Assembly: GCA_900617105.1 (NCBI GenBank)
Contig: UYFQ01000274.1
Span: forward strand, 1-38,998
DNA length: 38,998 bases
Direction: 5' to 3'
DNA from: Hydrurus foetidus
Lineage: Eukaryota
Shown here piece by piece: positions 11,201 through 22,575 of this stretch (position 1 is its first letter; every line of letters starts with the position of its first letter). The position numbers and the translations under genes were made by a program. The notes beneath the pieces were generated by a model that searched no databases, was not told the origin of the DNA, and saw only the letters and a list, made by a program, of their open reading frames with translations.

Positions 11201-14200
11201 GTTGGCTCGTATGATGGCGCGTGGCTTGGCTCGGCTGTTGGCTCGTATGATGGTACTTGGCTTGGCTCAGCTGTTGGCGCGTTTGATGGTTGCTTGGCAG
11301 CTTGGCTCGGCTGTTGGTGCGTGGCTTGGCTCGGCTGTTGGCTCGTATGATGGTACTTGGCTTGGCTCGGCTGTTGGCTCGTATGTTGGTGCGTGGCTTG
11401 GCTCGGCTGTTGGCTCGTATGATGGTGCGTGGCTTGGCTCAGCTGTTGGCTCGTATGATGGTACTTGGCTTGGCTCAGCTGTTGGCTCGTATGATGGTAC
11501 TTGGCTTGGCTCGGCTGTTGGCTCGGCTGTTGGTGCGTGGCTTGGCTCGGCTGTTGGCTCGTATGATGGTGCGTGGCTTGGCTCAGCTGTTGGCTCGTAT
11601 GATGGCGCGTGGCTTGGCTCAGCTGTTGGCTCGTATGATGGTGCGTGGCTTGGCTCAGCTGTTGGCTCGTATGATGGTGCGTGGCTTGGCTCGGCTGTTG
11701 GCTCGGCTGTCGGCTCGTATGATGGTACGTGGCTTGGCTCGGCTGTTGGCTCGTATGACGGTGCGTGGCTTGGCTCAGCTGTTGGCTCGTATGATGGCTC
11801 GTATGATGGTGCGTGGCTTGGCTCAGCTGTTGGCTCGTATGATGGTACTTGGCTTGGCTCAGCTGTTGGCTCGTATGATGGCGCGTGAGTTGGCTCAGCT
11901 GTTGGCTCGTATGACGGTGCGTGGCTTGGCTCAGCTGTTGGCTCGTATGATGGTGCGTGGCTTGGCTCGGCTGTTGGCTCGTATGATGGTGCGTGGCTTG
12001 GCTCGGCTGTTGGCTCGTATGATGGTGCTTGGCTTGGCTCGGCTGTTGGCGCGTATGATGGTACTTGGCTTGGCTCCGCTGTTGGCTCGTATGATGGTAC
12101 TTGGCTTGGCTCGGCTGTTGGCTCGTATGATGGTACTTGGCTTGGCTCAGCTGTTGGCTCGTATGATGGCGCTTGAGTTGGCTCTGCTGTTGGCTCGTAT
12201 GACGGTGCGTGGCTTGGCTCAGCTGTTGGCTCGTATGATGGTGCGTGGCTTGGCTCGGCTGTTGGCTCGTATGATGGTGCGTGGCTTGGCTCGGCTGTTG
12301 GCTCGTATGATGGTACTTGGCTTGGCTCGGCTGTTGGTGAGTGGCTTGGCACGTATGATGGTGCTTGGCTTGGCTCGGCTGTTGGCTCGTATGATGGTGC
12401 GTGGCTTGGCTCGGCTGTTGGCTCGTATGATGGTACTTGGCTTGGCTCAGCTGTTGGTACCTGGTTTGGATCGGCTGCTGGTGCTTGACCTCGCTCAGCT
12501 GTTGGCGCCGATGTTGGCTGGCCTGTTGGTGAGTGGGTTGTTGGCACTGGCTCAGCTGCTGGCAGTACTGTTGGCACTGACTCAGCTGTTGGCAGTACTG
12601 TTGGCACTGGCTCAGCTGTTGGCAGTACTGTTGGCACTGGCTCAGCTGTTGGCAGTACTGTTGGCACTGGCTCAGCTGTTGGCAGTACTGTTGGCATTGG
12701 CTCAGCTGTTGGCAGTACTGTTGGCATTGGCTCAGCTGTTGGCAGTACTGTTGGCATTGGCTCAGCTGTTGGCAGTACTGTCAGCATTGGCTCAGCTGTT
12801 GGCAGTATTGTTGGCATTGGCTCGGCTGCTGGCACTGGCTTGGCCGTCGGCATTGGCTCAGCTGTTGGCTCAGCAGAAGTTGACACTGTTGGCGAAGATA
12901 CTGGTGGAGAGGACGCTTTTACTGTGCCCTCCTGAGTGGGCGCATAAGTTGTCACCTCGGACGGTGCGAGTGAGGCAAAGTAGGTGTATGATGGATGGCC
13001 CTGGGCAATGGATGGAGCAGATGTGGGTTGCTCAGCGAGGGCAAAAGAGGGGGCTTGAGAAAAGATCATCGCGGGAGCACCGGAAGGGGCGCTTGTTGGA
13101 GGCATAATAGCACAGCTGTAGATGGACTTCACGTAGTTTGTGTTGTAATCCATGCTTATCTGGTTGCCCACGCGATTCCCGCCCATCTGCACATCCAAGT
13201 GCCAAGACAGTCTCGACGCTCCGTCGGTGGTGAGGACATCTGCTGCGTTCTGAAGTAGACTTGTGCTGTTGAGGAAGCCGAAGGAGTGGCCAGGAGTGAA
13301 GTACCAATACACCCCGTTTGCTAGATGAGGTGTGTTCAGAGCGGTTTGTGTCTTCACGTCAGCCGCCAATGCGAACGCACCGAGTTCGAAAGTTCCGTTT
13401 GTGGATTGCCTGGCACCGACGAATAATATTTGGCCGTTGCAAGAGAGGATGTCGGTGGTGTTCGTTGATTGATAGTATAATGCCTCATAACATATGGTGC
13501 AGCTGTGCTTCTCCAGCTGGCTTACGGTGACGGAGCTGTACTGAACACCAGCTGGTGGGCTGTCGTCGTGTCCATGATCAGCTCCAAAGGGGTAATAGCT
13601 CTGATAATTGTTGTTCGTTGGGTAATCACCGGTATACATTGTCGGCTCGGTATGAGTGGGCTGCACGTAGGCTGGCTGGTTGCTGTTGTACGCAGTCGGA
13701 GTGAGATTGACGGGATATACATTGGAGGGCTGGTCGCCGGTGTACACTGGCGGCTGAGAGTTCTCACTCGCTACTGTTGGAGACATCGATTTGGTCGTAC
13801 TCAACGGAGAAGAGGAAGGCTGGCTTCTTTGCACGGCAGATGGAGCTGTAGTGACGACCGTAATTGGCTGGTGCGTCGGGGTGCTAACTTTGCTATTTTG
13901 GAGAGGGCAATTGTAGATGGACTTCACGTAGTTTGTGTTGTAATCCATGCTTATCTGGTTGCCCACGCGATTCCCGCCCATCTGCACATCCAAGTGCCAA
14001 GACAGTCTCGACGCTCCGTCGGTGGTGAGAACATCTGCTGCGTTCTGAAGTAGACTTGTGCTGTTGAGGAAGCCGAAGGAGTGGCCAGGAGTGAAGTACC
14101 AATACACCCCGTTTGCTAGATGAGGTGTGTTCAGAGCGGTTTGTGTCTTCACGTCAGCCGCCAATGCGAACGCACCGAGCTCGTACGTTTTGGAAAACTT

Positions 14201-15058
14201 CTGTCTTGCACCAACAAATAAGTTGGGCCCTAAACATGATTGGATCATGCTCGAATTTGTCGGTGCTGCATAGAGGGCATCGTAACATTTGGAGCACCCG
14301 TGGTATTCTAGACCGTCGGCATCAATCCGGCCGTATTGAATGCCAGAAGGTAGGTCATTTGTTGTCGAGGTGTCTGTTGATGTAGCTGGCGCAGAGTTTG
14401 CTGCACTTGGCGTCGATGAGATCGCGTAAACACCAGTCATTGAGTCAGGAGTTGGCATATTCGTGGTTGCCGTGATTAACGCCGGAGCCGCTGTGGGATG
14501 GCCTGATGGTTGTTCTTGATTGAAGTAGGATGCGTTCGGCTGAGAAGGACAGTTGTAGATGGATTTGAAGTACATTGAGTCAACGTCTAGTCCAGTTTGT
14601 TTGCCTACTCTTTCTCCACCAACATTCAAATCCAAATGCCATGACAGTCTCGATTCGCTGTTTGAAGATGCTACGTCGGCATGGTCTTGAATCAAATCAG
14701 TCGTGTTTAAGAAGCCAAACGACGCACCAGGCGTAAAGTACCAATAAAGTCCGTTGGAGTAATGCGGTTGGTTCAGCGTAGTCTTCGTTTGCACATCTGC
14801 GGCAATCCCGAAGGCACCAAGTTTAAATGTTGCAACGTTGTTCAGCCTTGCGCCAACGAAAAGATACGGCCCAGAGCACGACTCAATCATGGCCGTCGTC
14901 GTAGGCGAAGAGTATGGCTCGTTGAAGCATACATTACATCCATTATTTTGTAATCCATGCAAACTGACATCATCGTACTGAATACCAGAGGGTTGCGCAG
15001 AAACGGAAGAAGGTTGCCACGTGCTCGATACGAGGAAGCCAAGAACGAACCAAAGCAT
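8220..15058 (-). CDS. Large secreted/cell-surface mucin-like protein: signal peptide, 3 copies of a ~145-aa Cys/Trp-rich domain, long Pro/Thr/Glu repeat stalk (frame broken 4 times within the repeat)
   Basis: N-terminal MLWFVLGFLVSSTWQPSSVSA is signal-peptide-like. Three domains share CxxCY...LFVGAR...LGAF...NGxYWYFTPGxSFGF...RLSWHLD...GGxRVG...KSIYxC. PSYEPTAEPSHA repeats follow, then the PT-rich tail ORF 8220-8957 on the same strand. Confidence 0.8.
8960..12460. repeat. Coding minisatellite, 36-bp unit (GGCTTGGCTCGGCTGTTGGCTCGTATGATGGTGCGT) encoding PSYEPTAEPS(H/Q)(A/V) on the minus strand
   Basis: Directly visible tandem array with 12-bp sub-unit deletions and duplications. Confidence 0.95.
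12540..12840. repeat. Coding minisatellite, 30-bp unit encoding PTVLPTAEP(M/V)
   Basis: About 10 tandem copies of ttggcactggctcagctgttggcagtactg. Confidence 0.95.
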
Positions 15059-15409
15059 AATTGAAGCGGGATGCGGCTGGTCGGAGATCTCAGGAGGTGT
15101 TGGGAGGGTATTGACTTTTGCTGTTTCTTTGCTGAGTTTTAAAAATAGAAAGTGATTGAAATGTGTTCAATGGCCGCAGGAGGATGACCAGGATTATCCA
15201 ACGGAACAGAATGCTACTTGACTTCAACGGAGCCGGGCCGGGGCCATCAAACATCACAGAAAACTGAAACGTTTTTTTAAGTACACGCACATCACACACG
15301 TCAAGCGTAAAAAATGAAAAATGACGTCTGGAGTGGAATCTGGAATCTTCTTTCCTTCAAAGTGGTCAACTTCAGTACTTCTACCTTTCATCTTATGTAT
15401 TATAAATTA

Positions 15410-15475
15410 CGGGAGCAGAATAAAGTAGTACGGGGGCTCCATACTTTTAACGGGAACGATTTTATTCTGCTCCCG
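15410..15475. mobile_element. Minimal 66-bp MITE-like hairpin
   Basis: Perfect inverted repeat TA-CGGGAGCAGAATAAA (15408-15424) / TTTATTCTGCTCCCG-TA (15461-15477) in an AT-rich context, with TA on both flanks. Confidence 0.55.
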
Positions 15476-16329
15476 TATTATTTATTATCCCCATTACTTG
15501 TTTTCAAAAAAAGTGTTCACACGGTTCTTCAGCATTTCAACACCGCCTCATACAGCTCCACTCCTGAGTCCACAATGAAACATCTGCACATGTCTATTTC
15601 ATATTTTATTTTGAAGCAATCTAAATTGAGATTTGACTTTGCGGAGTTGGTAGAGAAACTCGATCCACCCCGCATCCCGCACAGTCAAACAGGATGTATT
15701 TGCATTTTGTAATTTTGTATATATATTATGACCCTGCCATATGAAGTTGCGACCACTACACAGCACGCAGCATACACGACGGTAAAGTGTCATCAATGCA
15801 CCTATGTCCATGGCGTTATGTCATAAAATGCTGCCCCAACACGCATCCGTAAGTGCATCGCAAACTGTATTAGAGTAGACGGAGGACGAACGGGGCACTT
15901 CACACTTCGTTTTCCGTTCGAAATCTCCCGACGGAATTGAATACCCGAAATAAGATCAGATTTGTTTTATCCACGCACACTGCGTGTCAAACTACTACTC
16001 GCTAGCACCAGTTCAGCGATAGATGGAATGATATCACGCCTACTCCGACTTCACACGTCACAGGGCGGCGGATGCAATGATTGACGCCCAGCCAATGTCC
16101 TGTTATCTTCCTCAGGCGTGTCATAGAGCTCTCTTAACAGGTACCCAGATTGCAGGGTACCAGACTCGGCTCTAGGTCCATAAATTCGGTGTGACAGACA
16201 CATCTGGCGATTTTATGTATTTGAAATCGAAATGGACTATGGTACAAGACAAAATTTCAAAAATCGCATTGACAGAAGCATACGGTATTACAAGAAAAGA
16301 AGGATATCTGTAAATGTGAGCGACTATTT

Positions 16330-19300
16330 TCATAATTCACTACTCGATGATGCTGAAGCTGGAGACAAAGATCTGATCAGCTCTCTCGTGTCGGGACTTT
16401 GAATTAAAATCTTGACGACCACATACAGAGTTAGCATGAGTGCGAGGTATAGAGCAAGGATGTAAATCATCTTCCCGCTCTCTCTCGAGCCGACACTTCC
16501 TTTTCCTCCGGCCAGATCTGCGCCCTCTCCTTTTCTCCCGCTGTCAGTGTCAGTGTGACAGGCAGTGAGGCATTTTTGTTGGTGCGCCTGGACGGAGAAG
16601 GTGAGTGTGCCTTCCTCCGACATGGAGAAGACAACGTCCACTTTGCGCGACCCCCTTCCCTCCCCCACTCCCTTTCCCTCATTCTCATCATTGTCGTGTA
16701 TCCCCTCAGGGATTAAGAAATCGTAAGTGCCGATTAAGTCGTACCTAAACTTGACCTCCCTCACAACCACAGGCTGTGCAGGGGACGTGACGATGCCAGT
16801 CACAGTCACAGCTCTACTGTGCGATAAAGACGCAGCTTCTCGGGATATCTCTTTGGCTGGAAGGAGAGGGGGTAGCCGTAGAGGTTGGGATAGCGGGGGC
16901 CCCACTTCCTCTATCTCCTCGTACACATCTATGGAGACCACTTTCTGGTAGCGGTCCGCGAGGGTGAAGGTTTTCACCCCCCGGGACGGGATGGGATCGC
17001 CCTTGTTCAGCACTGGCTCGAAATATCGACAGTCCTCTACTTCAACTGCAACTTCGGATCCTGTGCGGCCACTCACATTTGTCTGCTCATATAAGGGTGG
17101 GGGAAGGGCAAGACATCACGTCACATAGCAATCACATTACAATACGATATGATGCAGTACAATACGATATGGTACTATAATTTAATGTAATACGGTTCGA
17201 TACGGTACGGTCAAGGTGGCATTGATTTCAGACAAGATGAAAAGAGGAGTGCCTGCGACAGAGTCAGGGTGCAACCAAGTGTTACAAGTAACACATTAAT
17301 AACCTACAATACGAGTCTGAAATAGCGCATTTTCTTCATGCGTTACCTGGCCGTTACTGTCCCCTTTGGGAGGTGTGGCGTCCCAAGAGAGCACACCGAT
17401 AGAGGAGGGTAGCATGTCCATCATCAACACGTCCTTTAAATGACCCACATCCACCTGATGAAGAGTTAAGGCGAAAAGATTACACTGTTAAGGGGAATAG
17501 TCAGTGCTTAGTGACACGTCTTTCATGCTCAATAAATAATACCGTGTCATGAACTGTATCCAATTCGAAGTTCCATTCAATTCAGTTCTGTGCAAATCAT
17601 ATTCTCTGTAGCTCACCCCCATCAAAATGCCAGCTCTTATAGCCAGACCCTGAGCTACCGCATGATCCGCATCCACAGCTGTGCAAAACTCTCCCTATCA
17701 CATTAGATTAGATTGAACAGGAATTTTCGTCAGTAATTTATACAGTGCTGTGAAGACTGTGCTGTGCTGTGTGAGCTTTAAGGGTTTGGATACTAAATTA
17801 GATGTGCAATGATTAAAATTGCTGTAGAATCAGTGGGCTGTGCAATAGACAATCCTACGTGCAACATGCTCTGTTCTGTCCGCATGGAAACACTGCCCAT
17901 GTCACGGTGTGATGCATCTGCAGAGGTGACATTACCTTGTTGCCTGACACATGAGCGGCCCTTGTCCTGTGTATGCTGCGCACCATTTCTTGTGTTCCGT
18001 CACTGTTGCGAGGAGTTTTGCCCGTAAATATGTCAGAGAATGACGACAGAGACAAGTCGCTGTGCTCCTCCTGTTCAACGGATTGTCCTGCTTGAGAGTG
18101 AGGGGTAGAGGGCGATGGAGAGGATGAGTGGAAGGGCATGGCGTACTCGAGGAATCCCTCCTTCGCGAGGGCCCTCCTGAGCGCTGCTCTGACTGCTGGA
18201 CTGCGACTGCTGCCTCCGACCAGCACCACTTCGTTCATCTCTTGTCTAGGTGACTGTGAAGTCACATCAAGGGGAACGCAATTACTGTCTTTGCTGCCAG
18301 TGGGGCTGATAGCGCAAAACTGAATGTATCGAACAGAGCAGAAGAAAGGGAAGTCATTGACAGTTGCATCACCAACATTGAAAATCGTATTAAATTATCT
18401 GTATTTGCACCTTTGATTTATCCGTGGCACGGACCTTGGACTGCAGATTCCACTGCTGCAACGTGCGACTCACTACAAGCTCCACCGTCTAAGCGAGAAC
18501 AATAAGGGTGAATGTGTTATGGGGAAACACAACGCTGTGCGCTAAATTGCACTGCAATTCAATACTCTGTCTAGCAATATACTGCACTCCACTACACTGC
18601 ACTGTACCACGCTACACTACACTACACGACACTGCACTCCATTACACTTCACTGCACGACACACTACTACACTACACTACACTGCACTGCACTACACGAC
18701 ACTGCATTATATTACACTGTGCTGCACGGCACTGTACCACGCTACACTACACTACACTGCACTACATTATACTAGACTACACTACGCTACATTATACTAG
18801 ACTACACTACGCTACACTACACTACTCTGCACTGCACTACACGACACTGCATTATATTACACTGTGCTGCACGGCACTGTACCACGCTACACTACACTGC
18901 ACTCCATTACACTGCACTACATTACACTGCACTGCACTCCATTACACTGCACTGCACGACATTATACTAGACTACACTACGCTACACTACTCTGCACTGC
19001 ACTACACGACACTGCATTATATTACACTGTGCTGCACGGCACTGTACCACGCTACACTACACTACACTGCACTACATTATACTAGACTACACTACGCTAC
19101 ATTATACTAGACTACACTACGCTACACTACACTACTCTGCACTGCACTACACGACACTGCATTATATTACACTGTGCTGCACGGCACTGTACCACGCTAC
19201 ATTACACTGCACTCCATTACACTGCACTGCACTCCATTACACTGCACTGCACTACGCTACGCTTTACTACACAACACTGTACTGCATTATATTACACAAC

Positions 19301-22300
19301 ACTGTACTCACCTCTAGGACCGGAAAGATCGCAATTTCGAATTCTGCTGTAGACACTTCAATTGTCCAATCTCCTTCTCTGTCAAGCTCTATTAAGATGC
19401 AGAAGCAGAAATGAGAGAATAGTGAGATGACATAAATTCATTTCTTTACTGAGGAGGTATTTCAGCTAGGATAATTAAGCATGGGTGTTTATATCATTAG
19501 AAAATGAAGCTCTACATGAAGAAGCTTCATAAAATGACATGAAGATTAGAGATGTAGAAAAAGGAGATGATGTTGAGGCAAAGTTAAATCAAATCAAACA
19601 CCATTTCGATATCGTTTTAAAAGGAAAGTAGAGAAGTACGGTAAAATCGCATGACGTCTCTCGTTCTCATACAGTAGGGAAAGTCATTCGCGAAGAATGA
19701 AGTGGAGGAGCACGGTTTGCAATTTGAAGGGAAGGAGTTGTACTTCTGTGCACTGCAATTTAATGCACTGCACTGCTCTGTGGTGAGGCATCACACCTTC
19801 ATCGAGATCAAGCCAAGGAGAAGATGACAGAGTAGTTGAGGGTGTCGACGAATCCGGTTCACTTTCCCTATCTTCCACTTTCTTCATGCGTACGTACTTG
19901 CTCGCACGTACGAGCTGAGTCGGAATAGTGATGGTGAGTACGTCAGAGTCGGAACCTGCTGTGAGGTCAGAGAGCTTCTCTTTCGCTTTCCTAGATATCA
20001 TCAGCAGCTGCGTTCTCAAGTAACCCTTCACTGGGGAGCAGCGCAGTGGAGAAGGAGGGCTCTGCGAGGGGTGTTCTTCCTGCTAGTAAATAGGAGCAAT
20101 TTAGTCACACAAATGTAGTACAGAGCCATTTCACAGGGAGAAGGTGCAGATCAGTGAGGCGTAGGACCGACACTTGACTAAACAGTTGTTCAATAATCGA
20201 TGGAGGAAAAATATTGCGATAGTTAGGTAGTAAAAACGAAATGAAGTGCTGGTCAGGAAAGAAAAGGAAAAGGAAAGGGGAGGGATGGCAGGATCTCCAT
20301 TATGATTATCATCGCTATCATCATCTCTATTATTATTATTATCACTACTATTATTATCATCACCATCGTCATCATCATCACAACCACTACCATCATCATC
20401 ATCACAACCATCATCATCTCTATCATTACATGATCATCATGACAGTGATTACCATCATCATCTCTATCATTACATGATCATCATGACAATGATAACCGTC
20501 ATGGCTAACATCATCAGTCACCTCTTCTGAGTCTCTAAATCCCTTCCCACTGAGCTCCAGTTTGTGCAGCAAGAGAGACAGCAGGAGGGAATCGATGTGC
20601 AGACCCCCGCAAGAAGAGGAACCGCCAGTAGACTGAACCTGATAGCAGCCCTCTTCTATCCTCATTATCGTTACATCGCTTGTCCCTTTCAGTATAAGTG
20701 AAAAAAAGAATACAATTGCAGATTGAGATACGACAAAATAAGGCGGTCGATCAATGTTAACAGAAAGTGCGGGAAAAACTCTTACCTCCTCCCATGTCGA
20801 ATATAAGAACGTTTTTAGATCCCACGACTAGTAGACCGTACGCCATAGCAGCAGCAGTTGACTCCGACATGAAGTGCACCTTAATGGTAGGGTAGGATGT
20901 GAAAGTGACGATTATTGAGGGAGTTTTATTGATGGAAGACAAAGGGGGAGAGTGAGAGAGAAGGAGAGGGAGCGAGAGAAGGAGAAAGAGAGGGAGAGAG
21001 AGGGAGGGATGTGATGAAGTTGATGCATGCACCGATGCACAATGCTGCAGCGCAGTAAACAGCTATACAGAGGATGAAGACGTTGCGTTATTTTGCTTTG
21101 CTTTGTGTGAGGTCAGAATTCACTGAAGACACACTATACATTGTGCCGATGTATTACCGAGAGCAAGGCTGCACTTCTGACTTCTCACCTCTTCGAACCC
21201 TGCCGTGCGCGCAGCTCTCCTAGTGGCTTCCTTCTTCTTTTCAGAACAATTAGCAGGTACTCCTATCACAGCTCGCCTGATGATTCCGTCCCATCCCTCA
21301 TCGTCTCCTACATCATCACTCCCGTCAGTGTCCTTCGAATGTTCTGCTTTAAAATGTTCTGATTTGTTCTGGTTCCCTTTGGATCTGCGTACGATACTAG
21401 AGTAGACACCTAGAGCCATGAAATTTAAATCACTTCTTGAGAGCACTTGTGACGATATTTGATGGTTATGGTAGAGTCAACATGGTTGATGGAAGTTATA
21501 CAGACTGAACACATTCCGTGATTTCATCAAAGAGGCTACAAAGGCAGCAACAGAACATCTTAGATGCAGACTAATACAAGTAGACTAACCACCGCATAGA
21601 GAATCCTTGATTGGCCTCCTATTGAGGTACTCTTCAGCAGACATTTTGAGAGCTCCAAGTATCTCTGCAGAAATATCCTCAGGCGATATTGATCTTTTGA
21701 CTCCGCAGATATTGGAGCATTGAATAAGAATATGACCGCTGCGGACGTCAAGAGTAAGATCAGTCGGAATACCGTGCTGCACTTTGTGTCAAAAGCAACC
21801 GGAAGAATGGCAGAAAAAAATGTCAAATTAATGCTCAGTTTTCATCTAGTCAAGATCACGACAACTACTTTATGTAATGATTCGTGCAGCGATAGCTATC
21901 TCTAAAACTTGATCTCACCTCCCCCATCATGTGGATCCAAATCGCAATCGCTCTCGTCACTTCCCTCCTTTTGTGGTACCAGATCGGATACTTCAAGGCC
22001 CATCAGTAGTTTGCAGCCGGAAATTACCTACAAATAAAACTCTTTCAGTTGCCAGTCCAAATTTGCTTCAATGTACATATAGCGATCCAAGTCTCTCGAA
22101 ATCGCTGATACAAAGCAGACAGTATGCAAGGAATAGTCGCCGTTTCATTCCGTTATGATACCTGAAGTGTTGTATCTTCTGCTGTCAATCCCACTTTGCA
22201 GAAATCGAAATCAGTTCCTTCGAATACTACCGTAGATGGAGTGGTTCGCTCTGTTTCAATTTGTAGAGTAAGCGGCAGATTTCTGTCCAATTAGAAATCC

Positions 22301-22575
22301 TGTGGATAGACTAGACTGGAGGCCAGTCTGAGTTTCTGCTCTACAGCGGCAGCTATTCATCGTCTCATATAATGAGAGCACTTACTTTTGCTGACAATAT
22401 TCTTCACAACTTTAGCTCGGTTCTTGACAGGATGCCATAGCGAAACGCATGAGTTTGATGTCCCCAAATCGATGCCAATGATAGGGCCAAGAAGTCTGTT
22501 GTTGGCAAACAAGTTTTCTTCGTCATCAAAGTTTATTTGATCCCATACGCCACTGGAAACCTGACCGCTGATCAT
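16330..22575 (-). CDS. Atypical Hsp70/DnaK-family protein with C-terminal transmembrane helix, 14 exons, ~932 aa (22575-22386, 22250-22162, 22027-21919, 21781-21590, 21409-21189, 20879-20786, 20685-20522, 20082-19797, 19388-19312, 18488-18435, 18319-17936, 17694-17617, 17454-17347, 17082-16330)
   Basis: Hsp70 motifs occur in order: IIGIDLGTSNSCV, RTTPSTVVF, SPEDISAEIL, AVIGVPA, ESTAAAMAYGL, VLIFDMGGGTSDVTI, KAKEKLS, VVLVGGSSRSPAV, DADHAVAQG, LMMDMLPSSIG, PIPSRGVKTFTLADRYQKVVSIDVYE. All manually placed introns are GT-AG and phase-compatible. Confidence 0.85.
18547..19305. repeat. Intronic pentamer satellite (CTACA/CTGCA) with higher-order ~95-bp duplications
   Basis: 5-bp periodicity. The block ...acgacactgcattatattacactgtgctgcacggcactgtaccacgctac... 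recurs four times. Confidence 0.9.
20300..20515. repeat. Intronic (CAT/TAT)n trinucleotide microsatellite
   Basis: Visible catcatcat/tattattat runs inside the Hsp70 intron 20083-20521. Confidence 0.9.

Noticed and set aside
8960..12460. CRISPR-like 36-bp periodicity
   Set aside because: The units are head-to-tail with no unique spacers, there are no cas genes, and the context is eukaryotic coding sequence.
8260..13107. Long plus-strand ORFs (LARLLARMMV / WLGSAVGSYDG repeats)
   Set aside because: These are antisense shadows of the stop-poor coding minisatellite. The minus strand carries the signal peptide and real domains.
15314..15811. 132-aa and 70-aa ORFs
   Set aside because: AT-rich, no recognisable domain, and the longer one spans the small inverted repeat. 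Treated as spurious.
18508..19110. His/Tyr/Thr/Cys-rich ORFs (200 aa and 73 aa)
   Set aside because: They are translations of an intronic pentamer satellite on the strand opposite the Hsp70 gene.
20241..20477. Poly-His/Tyr ORF
   Set aside because: It is a translation of an intronic CAT/TAT microsatellite.
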